DNA of 60,998 nt, the filler included. It is 3 parts of 3 records of this genome, joined end to end, with 100 filler letters (N's around TTAATTAATTAA, not from the genome) between each part and the next. Parts side by side here need not be neighbours in the genome. Positions count along the whole stretch, not along the records: positions 1 to 23,456 come from DRR723986_8159; positions 23,557 to 49,174 come from DRR723986_8172; 1 more part is not named here. The stretch is one strand, 5' to 3'. A model generated the notes under the pieces. The model did not search any database and was not told the origin of the DNA. It saw only the letters and a program-made list of their open reading frames with translations. This document shows, piece after piece, positions 19,300 through 29,102 of the stretch (position 1 is the stretch's first letter; each line of letters starts with the position of its first letter). The position numbers and the translations under genes are program-made.

Positions 19300-22101
19300 A
19301 TGATGCGACGGAAACGGCTGAAGGCGACCTCACGCCTCCGTTCCCGGCTATTGTTGTTTGTGGCCCTGATTGCTTGCTGTACTTTACAGCCGCACGCACC
19401 TTCACAAGCCAGTATTCTTCAATCGACCGACCAGGCGGACAGTCCACAGCTCGGAGCTGACTCCCTGCGCCAGAACAGCGCTGCAGACTCGCTCAAACAG
19501 GCAGCCGCCGATTCGCTGCTGCAAAGAAGCGGCGGCGACTCTCTACTCCCCACCAGCGCTTCAGACCCTCTGCGGGTTGACAGCACACAAGCCGACAGAA
19601 TTCGCGCGCGCCAACAGCGCAGCGGCCTCGATACTATTGTCAATCTCTTTTCCGTCGATTCAGCTGTATACATGATTCGGCAGCGACGCATCGAATTGCA
19701 TGGCAATGCACGCCTGGATTATGGCAAGATGCAACTGCAGGCCGACCATATCGAGCTTCTGCTCGACTCCACACTGCTGCGGGCTTCCGCCGGACGTGAC
19801 AGCAGCGGCGGATTAATAGGTGTGCCGCGTTTTCAGGATGGAGGTGAAGAGTTCTACGGCGAACAAATCACCTATAATTTCCTGACGCAAAAAGGTGCCG
19901 TTTCCCTCGGTGAAACCGTGGTCGATAACGGATTCTACTTTGGCGACAAAATCAAACGTGTTAACGAAAACACGCTGTTTGTGCAGAACGGCTGTTTCAC
20001 GACCTGTGACCACCCCAACCCACATTTCTACTTTAAGTCCCCCGAAATGAAAGTCATCACCGATGACCGCATTTTTCTGGATCCGCTGATTGTTTACGTG
20101 GAGGACGTGCCCGTTTTTGGCCTGCCCTTTGGGATATTTTTTGAGAATAAACGCGGCAGGCGCTCGGGAATCCTGATTCCAAGTTTCTTTTTCTCGGGTG
20201 CGGCAGGCGGCAGCAACCGCGGGATTGTGTTTGAAAACATTGGATATTACTGGGCAATTAACGACTACCTGGATAATAAACTCTGGGGCACAATTACGAC
20301 CAAAGGTGGTTATGAGCTCTGGAACGAATTCCGCTGGGTAGTGCGCGATCAGCTCAACTCTACGGCGCGGGTCTCCTATGGCACAACACGTCTGAGCCCC
20401 GATTCGGATGAATCCAGCAACTGGAGCCTCTACCTGCGGCACAATCAGACGCTCAATCCGCAGGAAAATATTACGGCAACGATAGATATCGCCAGTCCTG
20501 ACTTTAATCGCGAAACTTCCACAGACCTTGACAATCGTGTGGTGCAGTCGATTTACTCGGACGCCTCATACACGCGCAACTTCAATAATGGCTCAGTTTT
20601 TTCACTGAATTATTCGCGTGATCAAAATCTGATTGACCAACGCGTCAATGAAACTCTGCCGGAGGCGCGACTCAGTTTTCCGCGCCTGCAGCCATTCAGT
20701 TCACTGGTTGATCGCGATAATTGGTTGGGCGATATTGCTCTCAGCGGTAATCTCTCGGCTTTGCGCCGGCGCCAGGCTTTTGAGCTGGACACCTTGTTTA
20801 ACTCTGACAGCTCGGAAATCTTTGCATTGCCGCGCGACTCGAGTGATGTCAGCCAACGTATCTCATTTGATCCAAGCTTGCGCATCGCGCCCAAGCTAGG
20901 TTACTTTACACTGACGCCTTCAGTTGATTTTAACGCAAATGTTGTGTTCCGTGAATTACGGCGCGAATTTGATGCCGAAACCGGGCTGACGGTGGACAGC
21001 TTCCGCGAAGGCACCTTTGTACATTACGACTATTCATTTGGGCTCTCACTCGGTACGAAACTGTTTGGAATGCTTGAGCCAAATCTGTTTGGCCTAAAAG
21101 CTGTGCGCCACACGTTCCAGCCGACCGTCAGCTATAACTTCCGCCCCGATTTTTCGGAAGAATCTTTCGGCTACTTTGACGAGTACATCAACACCGATAC
21201 GCAGGATACAATTCGGTACAACCGCTATCAGGCTGACGGCATTGGCATTTCACAACAGCTGACCTCTTCGATGCGCGTTAATCTGGAAAATGCCTTTGAG
21301 GCCAAAATTGCACAGCCGGATACGATTCCCGACAAAGTCATCAAACTGTTTAACCTGGGTATGAGCGGTTCGTATAACTTTGCGGCCGACAGCCTGGGGT
21401 TCAGTACAATCAGCAGCAGTTTGCGCACGAACCTGGCCGGACTGAGTATAAACAGTTCAGCCAGTTTTAATGTTTATGACTACGTTGAAAATGTTAACAG
21501 CGAAGACCAACCGACCGGTACGGTCAGATTGGTGGACGAATTTGCCGCCACCAATGGCAAAGGCCTGGCGCGTCTGGAACGTTTTATACTCTCCTTAAGT
21601 ACGTCCTTTGGCTCACAGGGAATTCAGCCGACTGCCGGCGTATTTGATGAGTCCGACGATTTTTCAACTTCAACTGACAGTGTTGATTATGGAGCAAGAT
21701 TCCGCGCACGTGACGAAAACGCTATAATTGAACGCGACCTCTTTGGCGATAGTTCACCGGGGTTTAACCAGTTTAGCATCCCGTGGAGTTTTGACCTGAC
21801 GACTAGTTTTAACTATATAGCGTTTAACCCGCTTAACATTTCGCGCACGTTCACTGTGCGTGCGGGCCTGAACCTCTCGCCGACTTCAACCTGGAATATC
21901 AATACAAGCATGACGGTGGACTTGCTGGAGCAGGAAATCAATGCGCCTGAGATTCGCGTGGCCAAGGATATTCACTGTTGGGAACTGTCGCTACGTTGGG
22001 TGCCGAGCGGATTCTCACAGGGTTTTTACCTGCGTTTTGGCGCCAAGGCTCCGCAGCTTCAGGACCTGCAGCTGGAAAAACGTGGCGGCGGTTTATTCTA
22101 G
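19300..22101 (+). CDS. lptD: LPS-assembly protein LptD (FCB-group type)
   Basis: FTTCDHPNPHFY, SGILIPS, AVRHTFQP, DIHCWELS; beta-barrel pattern. Confidence 0.88.
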   Translation: MMRRKRLKATSRLRSRLLLFVALIACCTLQPHAPSQASILQSTDQADSPQLGADSLRQNSAADSLKQAAADSLLQRSGGDSLLPTSASDPLRVDSTQADRIRARQQRSGLDTIVNLFSVDSAVYMIRQRRIELHGNARLDYGKMQLQADHIELLLDSTLLRASAGRDSSGGLIGVPRFQDGGEEFYGEQITYNFLTQKGAVSLGETVVDNGFYFGDKIKRVNENTLFVQNGCFTTCDHPNPHFYFKSPEMKVITDDRIFLDPLIVYVEDVPVFGLPFGIFFENKRGRRSGILIPSFFFSGAAGGSNRGIVFENIGYYWAINDYLDNKLWGTITTKGGYELWNEFRWVVRDQLNSTARVSYGTTRLSPDSDESSNWSLYLRHNQTLNPQENITATIDIASPDFNRETSTDLDNRVVQSIYSDASYTRNFNNGSVFSLNYSRDQNLIDQRVNETLPEARLSFPRLQPFSSLVDRDNWLGDIALSGNLSALRRRQAFELDTLFNSDSSEIFALPRDSSDVSQRISFDPSLRIAPKLGYFTLTPSVDFNANVVFRELRREFDAETGLTVDSFREGTFVHYDYSFGLSLGTKLFGMLEPNLFGLKAVRHTFQPTVSYNFRPDFSEESFGYFDEYINTDTQDTIRYNRYQADGIGISQQLTSSMRVNLENAFEAKIAQPDTIPDKVIKLFNLGMSGSYNFAADSLGFSTISSSLRTNLAGLSINSSASFNVYDYVENVNSEDQPTGTVRLVDEFAATNGKGLARLERFILSLSTSFGSQGIQPTAGVFDESDDFSTSTDSVDYGARFRARDENAIIERDLFGDSSPGFNQFSIPWSFDLTTSFNYIAFNPLNISRTFTVRAGLNLSPTSTWNINTSMTVDLLEQEINAPEIRVAKDIHCWELSLRWVPSGFSQGFYLRFGAKAPQLQDLQLEKRGGGLF

Positions 22102-22110
22102 GACTTTTAG

Positions 22111-22725
22111 ATGTTGCACAAACTGCTGTACTTGCGCGATCAACACAAACACTTGGCGGAGCACCTGCAAGGCCTGCAAACACTCGATATTCAGCAGTTT
22201 AAGACCGAGCGTTTAACACACAAGGTGACAAGCACCGAGATTGATGTTGATTTCGCAATGCTGGACAGCACTCCGTTTTTTAACTACGATATTTTCCCCA
22301 AGAATATTCTAAAGGCCTTACCCGCGTGGATGGCTGGTGATAGTGGTGCGCATCGCGACATTAGCAGTGGTGACGTGATCGTCCAACAGATTAACTTTCC
22401 ACCCTTCCCGAATGTGACTTTCCGTTTAATTTGTGGTGTCAAAGTCCGCCAGGTAGCCGACAGCGAGGAACACAAACAATTCAGCTACGAAACTTTAACG
22501 GATCACGTTGAAACTGGACGTGCTGTATTCAGTTTAAGGCCGCACGAAGGCAAGACAGTGTTTACAATAGAGACCTGGTCGGCACTCGCCGATTGGCTGC
22601 CAGACTTTTTACGCCCTCCACTCTCAAAATATCAGGATTTCTGCACAAAGTTAGCACTGGAGCGGGCCGCCAGGCTTTGGCAGGGTAAAAACCAGGCTAA
22701 CAATACGCGAAATACAGCACATTAA
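22111..22725 (+). CDS. DUF1990-like protein
   Basis: FSYETLTDHVETGRAVF..FTIETWS resembles the DUF1990 core. Confidence 0.6.
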   Translation: MLHKLLYLRDQHKHLAEHLQGLQTLDIQQFKTERLTHKVTSTEIDVDFAMLDSTPFFNYDIFPKNILKALPAWMAGDSGAHRDISSGDVIVQQINFPPFPNVTFRLICGVKVRQVADSEEHKQFSYETLTDHVETGRAVFSLRPHEGKTVFTIETWSALADWLPDFLRPPLSKYQDFCTKLALERAARLWQGKNQANNTRNTAH

Positions 22726-22779
22726 TTTGAAAGCTGCGCCGGCGATTTACAGTGTGGGCATTAAACTGGAATAAAGCAC

Positions 22780-23193
22780 TCACGGTATGCTGCGGTTACC
22801 CGAACACAGGTCGGTTATTAACATTGGAACCGGCAAGTTTTCTTCGCCTTCAAAGCGAAGAACTTCGCGGGCAAAAAACATATATTCCTGGTCGAGGTTA
22901 AAACTGATTCCGCAACTGCTGTATGTTGGGGATACAACATGGACCGTCTTTTCAGCTACATTGCCTTTTAACAAATGCTGCACGGCGATCGTGTAAACCT
23001 CAAACTCCTCCGCCTCGTCATCTTCACGGACTTTATACATTACTGTTTCCCTGGCCAAGACGCGCCCCTCCCAGGCAACATCCGCCAGCTCAAAATACGT
23101 GGCAATTGGCAGTGGCGCACAGGAACATGCATCCGCAACATAGACGGCACAGGTCAGGAACAGGCAGGCGGCAAGTGTACATATTTTTAGCAT
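22780..23193 (-). CDS. Secreted TIMP/NTR-like OB-fold protein
   Basis: Signal peptide ending VADA, then CSC; ADVAWEGRV, SSCG..F..EYMFFA, LCS. ATG at 23193. Confidence 0.7.
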   Translation of the reverse strand: MLKICTLAACLFLTCAVYVADACSCAPLPIATYFELADVAWEGRVLARETVMYKVREDDEAEEFEVYTIAVQHLLKGNVAEKTVHVVSPTYSSCGISFNLDQEYMFFAREVLRFEGEENLPVPMLITDLCSGNRSIP

Positions 23194-23456
23194 TTTTTTA
23201 CCTCGTAACTTCAATCACACAGTGCTCTTTGTCCGGCCGCTTTGGACGCCCTGTGATTCTTTTGAACGCACAGTGCGGCTGGAACAGGTGCAAGACACAG
23301 AATCCTGAAAATTGGTTACAATCACTAAATCTGGGTGCTGTCCGGCAGGCGGAATGTGCTGTTTGTGCAACAAGTATGCGGTTCGCGACCTTCTGAGGGC
23401 TTCGCCGCGCCTGCATTACATTTCGTCCGGCTTGCTTTTTGAGCTTCTTGTTTGTC

Positions 23457-23556
23457 NNNNNNNNNNNNNNNNNNNNNNNNNNNNNNNNNNNNNNNNNNNN
23501 TTAATTAATTAANNNNNNNNNNNNNNNNNNNNNNNNNNNNNNNNNNNNNNNNNNNN
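23457..23556. other. Artificial contig linker
   Basis: 44 N + TTAATTAATTAA + 44 N. Confidence 0.99.
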
Positions 23557-23707
23557 AAAGATAGGCATTTATGCCGTGCGAGTGTGTTGGCCAGAACCCC
23601 GGACTCTGGCTGTCCGACCGAGATGGCACCCCAGGATATGGACACGTACTGGGCGTAAAAGTGAGATGGCCAAGTGTCGGACGTAAGCTTTGCTTACTAT
23701 GTTAACA

Positions 23708-24220
23708 TTAGTTTTCTACGACATACGATACGTTGAAACCACTGGTGATAAGTCTTTCCTTGAATTCCTCAGTGATATCATTGTTTATTGTAATTGTCTT
23801 ACCCTTCATCATCAATGCCAGTGTTTTCTTTGCCTCTGAGATACCAGTTTTAGTGAAGATTTTCACCAATTTAATCATCTCAAGTTCAGAACTGATTTCT
23901 GTCGAATTCGTTTCAATTTTTAACAGTGATCTATTTTCCTTTAGATGTGGGTCACCATACTTTTCATAAGACTCCACATAACTTTCAGCAGTTCTCCCTG
24001 AACCGGTATGAAAAGTTTTACCAGTTAATTTATCAACTAAAACAGGACCATGTCCAACTGCAATATCACTAAAGACATTTGATTTAATAAATTTCTTGGT
24101 CTGATAGCACACGCCAAAACACTTTAGAGTTTCAAAAGTTCTTTCAGGCATCACAGCAAATATATCGGACTCATTCTCAAGTTCTAAACTCACTATTTTT
24201 TCTGCCTCTGATGCTGTCAC
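23708..24220 (-). CDS. YrhB/Imm35-like immunity protein with a C-terminal ribosomal L7/L12-like domain
   Basis: FGVCYQTKKFI..SDIAVGHGPVLVDKLTGK.FHTGSG..AESYVESY resembles Imm35/YrhB; LEMIKLVKIFTKTGISEAKK resembles the L7/L12 CTD. GTG start. Confidence 0.7.
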   Translation of the reverse strand: MTASEAEKIVSLELENESDIFAVMPERTFETLKCFGVCYQTKKFIKSNVFSDIAVGHGPVLVDKLTGKTFHTGSGRTAESYVESYEKYGDPHLKENRSLLKIETNSTEISSELEMIKLVKIFTKTGISEAKKTLALMMKGKTITINNDITEEFKERLITSGFNVSYVVEN

Positions 24221-24486
24221 TGAATTAATGTTAACTTCGGAATAAAGTTAATGGACTTTATTCCTTATATATGTTATTGTATCACTAAGATACTAAAAAA
24301 GAATCGCACATAATTCTCATGATCGTTCTGGTGCGTCAAGCCCTTTTAAGGCTTTATACGCACTGTCTGCAACAATTTCAATGAACACTGATTAGCTATC
24401 AGCCGACTTTATTAAATATAAGGAATTCAATCGCTAACAGAAAATTTATCCGTGGAATTAAACGTATAAAACCACGGATATAACGC

Positions 24487-24519
24487 AAAAAAAAGGGCTG
24501 CACAAATGCGCAGCCCTTT
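24487..24519 (-). terminator. Intrinsic terminator
   Basis: GGGCTGC/GCAGCCC stem with A8 on the + strand (U-tract on -), downstream of 24541-25500. Confidence 0.8.
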
Positions 24520-24540
24520 AGCGTTATAGGTTTACTAAAC

Positions 24541-25500
24541 TTAAGGTAAATTCTGAATATCAGTAGCCAACTGAGCTTGAGTAGTAGCGGTTAATGCTGA
24601 TATCACTTCTAAATGATTCGTAGAAATCGTTGCCGGAACAATGGCCGCGTGCGGTGTGTTGTTGATAAAGGCCATGGCAATGAAGTGAACTTGTAATCCT
24701 TCAGGAATTGTGTAATAACTTCCGGTATTGAAGTTTCCTCCTGAGAAATTATACAAAGAAGTCAAACTGTTTAATCCGTCAAATGAAATGAATACTGCGC
24801 AATTCGTATTGTCAAATCCGTTAGGAACGTTTACAGAAACTGTGGTTTGTGGTCCTGATTGTCCCATAAAATAATCGCAATTCACCCATCCTAAAGAATC
24901 AAAGTAAACATCATAAGCTCCACCTTGTCCCCATAACAAAGATGAATCTGCCAAAGCCCAAGTTAACGTATCGTCAGATACTGAGTTTTGATAAAAAACC
25001 TCCATGTTAGGATCTACACCCGCTGGTGCTTGAACTGTAGCATTGTACGAGTACCAAGGTTTTAAAAACACTTCATTACCTCCTTGAGTGGCTGTAATTT
25101 TAAATTCTCCTCCTGAAATTAGTGGTGACAAATTACCATTATCATCTCCTAAAGTTTGCTTATTCAAAAACAACATGTCTTTTTTACCATAGATTTCAAT
25201 CAACTCAATATCTACGTTTCCGGTAATTGAATTACCTGATGCGTCTTCAAAGCTGTTAGGGCTAAATTGTATTACGGTTCCTTGGCTTCCTGTAATTGAA
25301 GCCGGCGAAGTTGCATCTATTGTAAATGATTGTTTTGCATCATTAATATTGTCATTAAAAAAGTTATTCAATTGAGCAGCATCTGGTTGAGGTTCAACGG
25401 TAACATCCGGCTCTGGTTCAACAGTTGGCTCTTCTTTTTTACAAGCGGCTAGCGTAAGCATTCCTCCTAACAATAGGAGTGTAAGATTTTTTAATTTCAT
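24541..25500 (-). CDS. Hypothetical lipoprotein
   Basis: Lipobox LAAC-KKEE; motifs LISGGEF and LGWVNCD. Confidence 0.85.
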   Translation of the reverse strand: MKLKNLTLLLLGGMLTLAACKKEEPTVEPEPDVTVEPQPDAAQLNNFFNDNINDAKQSFTIDATSPASITGSQGTVIQFSPNSFEDASGNSITGNVDIELIEIYGKKDMLFLNKQTLGDDNGNLSPLISGGEFKITATQGGNEVFLKPWYSYNATVQAPAGVDPNMEVFYQNSVSDDTLTWALADSSLLWGQGGAYDVYFDSLGWVNCDYFMGQSGPQTTVSVNVPNGFDNTNCAVFISFDGLNSLTSLYNFSGGNFNTGSYYTIPEGLQVHFIAMAFINNTPHAAIVPATISTNHLEVISALTATTQAQLATDIQNLP

Positions 25501-25563
25501 GATTTTGATTTTTAGATTCTATCCTAAATACAAAAGCACTTTTAAAAGGGTTGTCTGGTAGGT

Positions 25564-26193
25564 TTATTTAATTAGGATATGCTTGATTTCATTAAGGATG
25601 AGAGAGGTGGCTCCCCAAACTATTTTATCCTCAAGAACAAAACATGGGATGTCTTTGAGTTTATACCCGTCAGCAGTTTTGATATCCCTAAAGGCTTTAG
25701 TTTCATCTTTAAGTAAATCTAAAATATTAAAGCAAATGATCTCTTTTACCTCATATTCACTGCGTCTAAATTTTGGACGTTCATGACAATATCCAACAAA
25801 GGGATGTACCAAAAAATTACTGACCGGAATGTAGACATCTGTTAGCTTTCCAATAATCTGCACACTTTTAGGATCAAGTCCTATTTCTTCTTCTGACTCG
25901 CGTAAAGCGGTAAAAATTATATCCGGATCTTGTTCTTCTTTTTTACCACCTGGAAAACTGATTTGGCCCCCGTGTGTTCCTTTATAATTCTGCCTTTGCG
26001 TTAAAACTACCTTAATCGATTTAGACTCTTGAAATAGTAATACAAGCACCGAAGATGTGCGGTAATTGACCTGCGACAAATCAATTTCATCCACCGTTTT
26101 TCGGGTAGGGTACATCTCTTTGTGTGCAAAATCCCCGGGTAAATCGTTTAAGGCGTATTGAATTTTTTCGTAAATTGATGTTAACTGCTTCAT
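25564..26193 (-). CDS. NUDIX hydrolase, CoA pyrophosphatase family
   Basis: LTQR..HGGQISFPGGK..TALRESEEEIGL, VWGATS. Confidence 0.92.
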   Translation of the reverse strand: MKQLTSIYEKIQYALNDLPGDFAHKEMYPTRKTVDEIDLSQVNYRTSSVLVLLFQESKSIKVVLTQRQNYKGTHGGQISFPGGKKEEQDPDIIFTALRESEEEIGLDPKSVQIIGKLTDVYIPVSNFLVHPFVGYCHERPKFRRSEYEVKEIICFNILDLLKDETKAFRDIKTADGYKLKDIPCFVLEDKIVWGATSLILNEIKHILIK

Positions 26194-26225
26194 GAAAACT
26201 CTAATCGGTGACCAAATTTAGGCAA

Positions 26226-26597
26226 ATGATTGAAACAAAATCTGCCCATATTTCAAAGCTTGATGAAAATACAATTAAAGTTGTATTCAAGCCCAATGCA
26301 CTTCTTACTCAAGAAGAGTACGTCACTTTATTTGGTCATTACAAAGAGCTTTTGGGTCGTGATAGTGAGATGAAATTTCTAGTAATTATTCAAGAAGGCT
26401 TTAAGATGAAGGAGAAATACTTAAAGTTTTTCAAAAAAGATTACCGAACAGACTTCAAAAAAGCCGAAGCTTTTATAGTTTTGAACCCAGCATCACGAAT
26501 GTATTTTAAAGTGGGCATTGCGATAGTAAAGAATAACTATCCGGTCAAACTTTTTGATAATGAAGCGGATGCCATTAAGTGGTTAAAAACAATATAG
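26226..26597 (+). CDS. Small STAS/SpoIIAA-like domain protein
   Basis: C-terminal YPVKLFDNEADAIKWL pattern; ATG at 26226. Confidence 0.6.
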   Translation: MIETKSAHISKLDENTIKVVFKPNALLTQEEYVTLFGHYKELLGRDSEMKFLVIIQEGFKMKEKYLKFFKKDYRTDFKKAEAFIVLNPASRMYFKVGIAIVKNNYPVKLFDNEADAIKWLKTI

Positions 26598-26607
26598 TTC
26601 GGCAAAA

Positions 26608-27102
26608 TTGAATACAGAAGATTTATTTGAAATCAAGCAGAAATTCTTGAGGACAATTCCGCATCCTAAATTAATTCTAAAACAAATTCACAGATTGAAT
26701 CCTGAATTTGAGGTAAAGCAATTACCACCGGTAACTATTCATTTACAGGAATTTCTGGCGCAGTATATTGATCAAGAAATGCAATTGAAATTGAGAATTG
26801 CTAACGCGTCTGACTCCGAATCATTATCCACTTGCCTGATTTCATTGATGAATTTACACAATTCATTGATTGCTAAATTGGCTTCTTTTTCGTCACCAGA
26901 AATGATTATTCCCTCATCTATCAAGATGTCTGACCCTTTTGATGCTTATGCCATATTAAAAAGCCTGAAGGCATTAGACTTGAATGAAACAGAAATAAAG
27001 CAGTATCTTTGCACTGCTCAAGATTCAACTGCTGATATGTTGAATTCAGAGCTCTATATTGCAGTAGTAAGAGCTAAAAAAATTGAAGACCATGGCCGAT
27101 AA
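26608..27102 (+). CDS. Hypothetical protein
   Basis: 164-aa ORF in a tightly packed + strand run; no recognised motif. Confidence 0.6.
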   Translation: MNTEDLFEIKQKFLRTIPHPKLILKQIHRLNPEFEVKQLPPVTIHLQEFLAQYIDQEMQLKLRIANASDSESLSTCLISLMNLHNSLIAKLASFSSPEMIIPSSIKMSDPFDAYAILKSLKALDLNETEIKQYLCTAQDSTADMLNSELYIAVVRAKKIEDHGR

Positions 27103-27358
27103 ATATGCCAAATTAAAAGAGTTGTTAGCCGATCAAAATTTTCCTTTGATGTATCCGTTTAAGTTTATCATTAAAGAAGATCAAGAAAAAATGGTGAAAA
27201 TCAAACGGGTTTTTGACGAAACTGCTGAATATTCAATCAGAAAATCTAAAAACGGAAACTATTCTTCAATCACCATCAAACAAATGATGATGAGTACTGA
27301 TGATATCATTAAAAGGTATCAGATGCTTGAAAACATTGAAGGGGTAATATCATTGTAA
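27092..27358 (+). CDS. DUF493 (YbeD-like) protein
   Basis: FPLMYPFKFI, SKNGNYSSITI, IEGVISL. Confidence 0.88.
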   Translation: MADKYAKLKELLADQNFPLMYPFKFIIKEDQEKMVKIKRVFDETAEYSIRKSKNGNYSSITIKQMMMSTDDIIKRYQMLENIEGVISL

Positions 27359-27751
27359 ATGGGAAAATTAACAACATTAGATATTGTATTGAGTGTGCTG
27401 TACGCAAGTGCGGCAATTCTCTTACTTGTCACGGCTTACCGTATTTATTTGAAGCGTTTTAAACGAGCGAAATTACAAGCCTTAAACGCCATTAATTTGA
27501 TCACTTCTAAAGACAATATTTTTAAGTCTGCCACTAAATTTTTGATCGAAGCCCCTCTCAAAGGGAAAGTAAAAATTGATTTATTAGACCAAGACGAAAA
27601 CTTGGTGAAAACCCTCATTGATATAGACTTACCTCAAGAAGAGTTTCCTTTTGATTTTGATCCTGCTGAATTTAAACCAGGTAAATATTACTTATATTTA
27701 ACAACAGATAATGCCAAAATACAACGCGGCATTAGCATTGTTAGAGATTGA
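27359..27751 (+). CDS. Hypothetical membrane-anchored protein with an Ig-like C-terminus
   Basis: N-terminal TM helix; PGKYYLYL motif. Confidence 0.7.
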   Translation: MGKLTTLDIVLSVLYASAAILLLVTAYRIYLKRFKRAKLQALNAINLITSKDNIFKSATKFLIEAPLKGKVKIDLLDQDENLVKTLIDIDLPQEEFPFDFDPAEFKPGKYYLYLTTDNAKIQRGISIVRD

Positions 27752-27764
27752 TTTGAAAAAAAAA

Positions 27765-28430
27765 GTGCAAAAATTTAAACTGTACATATTCACATTTACC
27801 ATCCTTTTTTTGGGAGCATTGAACAGCGGCGCTCAAGAAAAAACTTTTCAGCCTACAGGTAGTATTAGTATAGATATGGGAATTCCGGCTAAAGGGAAAA
27901 ATGTTTCGTTTGGTAACGTAATGAATGGATTGTTTAACGGCGGAATCACCTATCAATACAATGTTTTTGGCGGTTTGACACTAGGTGTAGGAGCCAAGTA
28001 TTCCTTTTTTGTTATCAATCCCTTTGCTTTAAATAACGCGAATTGGGGAGGCGGATTACATGTTCCTTCTGTTTATGGTAAATTGGGATATGAACGCTTT
28101 ATTACAGAACGATTTTCGTTGAATGTAGGCATGCGAGCTGGTTACTCAATGATGGTTTCGGCAAACGATTCTTGCAAAGCGCATAACAACGGACCGTATA
28201 CAGAATCTACGTTTTTTGTGGAACCTCAAATAGAATTGCTTTTATTAACCAGTAAAAATGCATCAGGCGGATTTAGTTTTGTTTTGGGATATGACTTTTT
28301 ATTTACCGAATTTGGTCCGCGATATTTATGCATTCAAAATATCCCTAATTCTGTTGAAGAGCATTATCAAGGTATTACCAGATTTCTCAGCATTGGTTTT
28401 GGGTACCGCTATTATATGGGCAGGAAGTAG
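27765..28430 (+). CDS. Outer-membrane beta-barrel protein
   Basis: Signal peptide, alternating beta-strands, C-terminal SIGFGYRYY. Start GTG 27765 or TTG 27753. Confidence 0.75.
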   Translation: MQKFKLYIFTFTILFLGALNSGAQEKTFQPTGSISIDMGIPAKGKNVSFGNVMNGLFNGGITYQYNVFGGLTLGVGAKYSFFVINPFALNNANWGGGLHVPSVYGKLGYERFITERFSLNVGMRAGYSMMVSANDSCKAHNNGPYTESTFFVEPQIELLLLTSKNASGGFSFVLGYDFLFTEFGPRYLCIQNIPNSVEEHYQGITRFLSIGFGYRYYMGRK

Positions 28431-28463
28431 CTTAGGCAACAATTCACTCCCAACAACCGTATT

Positions 28464-29096
28464 ATGAGTACTATGAAAAAGCACTTATTGATTTTCGCGA
28501 TTATGTTAAGCGTCAGTTTTGCATGTAAAAAAGCTGAACCGCAAAACAATACGAGCTTACCCGAAGGTGCTACTCCGTATACAGAATCAGATATTCAATT
28601 CGTGCCTTATACCTCAAATAATGCAGTTTTTAAGAGGCTACCAGCACTTGATTCAACGCTTGTGTTGAATTTTAAAGAGCGATTGAGAACAGAAGAGTAT
28701 TTTGCCTGGGATCAAACCTACTTTACCTTTGATCATGATCCAACACTTGAGTTGGAATTGCGCTTACGCTATTTACAATCAGATAATTCACAGAAAACAT
28801 TGGCTATTTACATGCCATATTACGACAACACTGCAACCTTCAGAACGAATATATTTGAAATGCCCATTGATCCTACAACCATTGAAACGGGCTTTTTCAC
28901 CAATTTGATTGATTTTCATGACACCATTATTTTTTCAGGCGTAGAATGGTATGATGTGTACGAAGTAAATGAACTCATATCAACCGATCCGGATAAAGAC
29001 GGTGCTCAGAATTTTGATAAAATCTATTTTAACACAGTTTACGGCATTATAAGAATGAATCAGAATAATGGCAACGACTGGTTGTTGCAACAATAA
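28464..29096 (+). CDS. Hypothetical lipoprotein
   Basis: Lipobox SFAC-KK. Confidence 0.8.
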   Translation: MSTMKKHLLIFAIMLSVSFACKKAEPQNNTSLPEGATPYTESDIQFVPYTSNNAVFKRLPALDSTLVLNFKERLRTEEYFAWDQTYFTFDHDPTLELELRLRYLQSDNSQKTLAIYMPYYDNTATFRTNIFEMPIDPTTIETGFFTNLIDFHDTIIFSGVEWYDVYEVNELISTDPDKDGAQNFDKIYFNTVYGIIRMNQNNGNDWLLQQ

Positions 29097-29102
29097 GTTT
29101 AA

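Noticed and set aside
23501-23512. TTAATTAATTAA palindrome and ORFs running into N tracts (23312-23512, 48919-49230)
   Set aside because: Artificial linker sequence.
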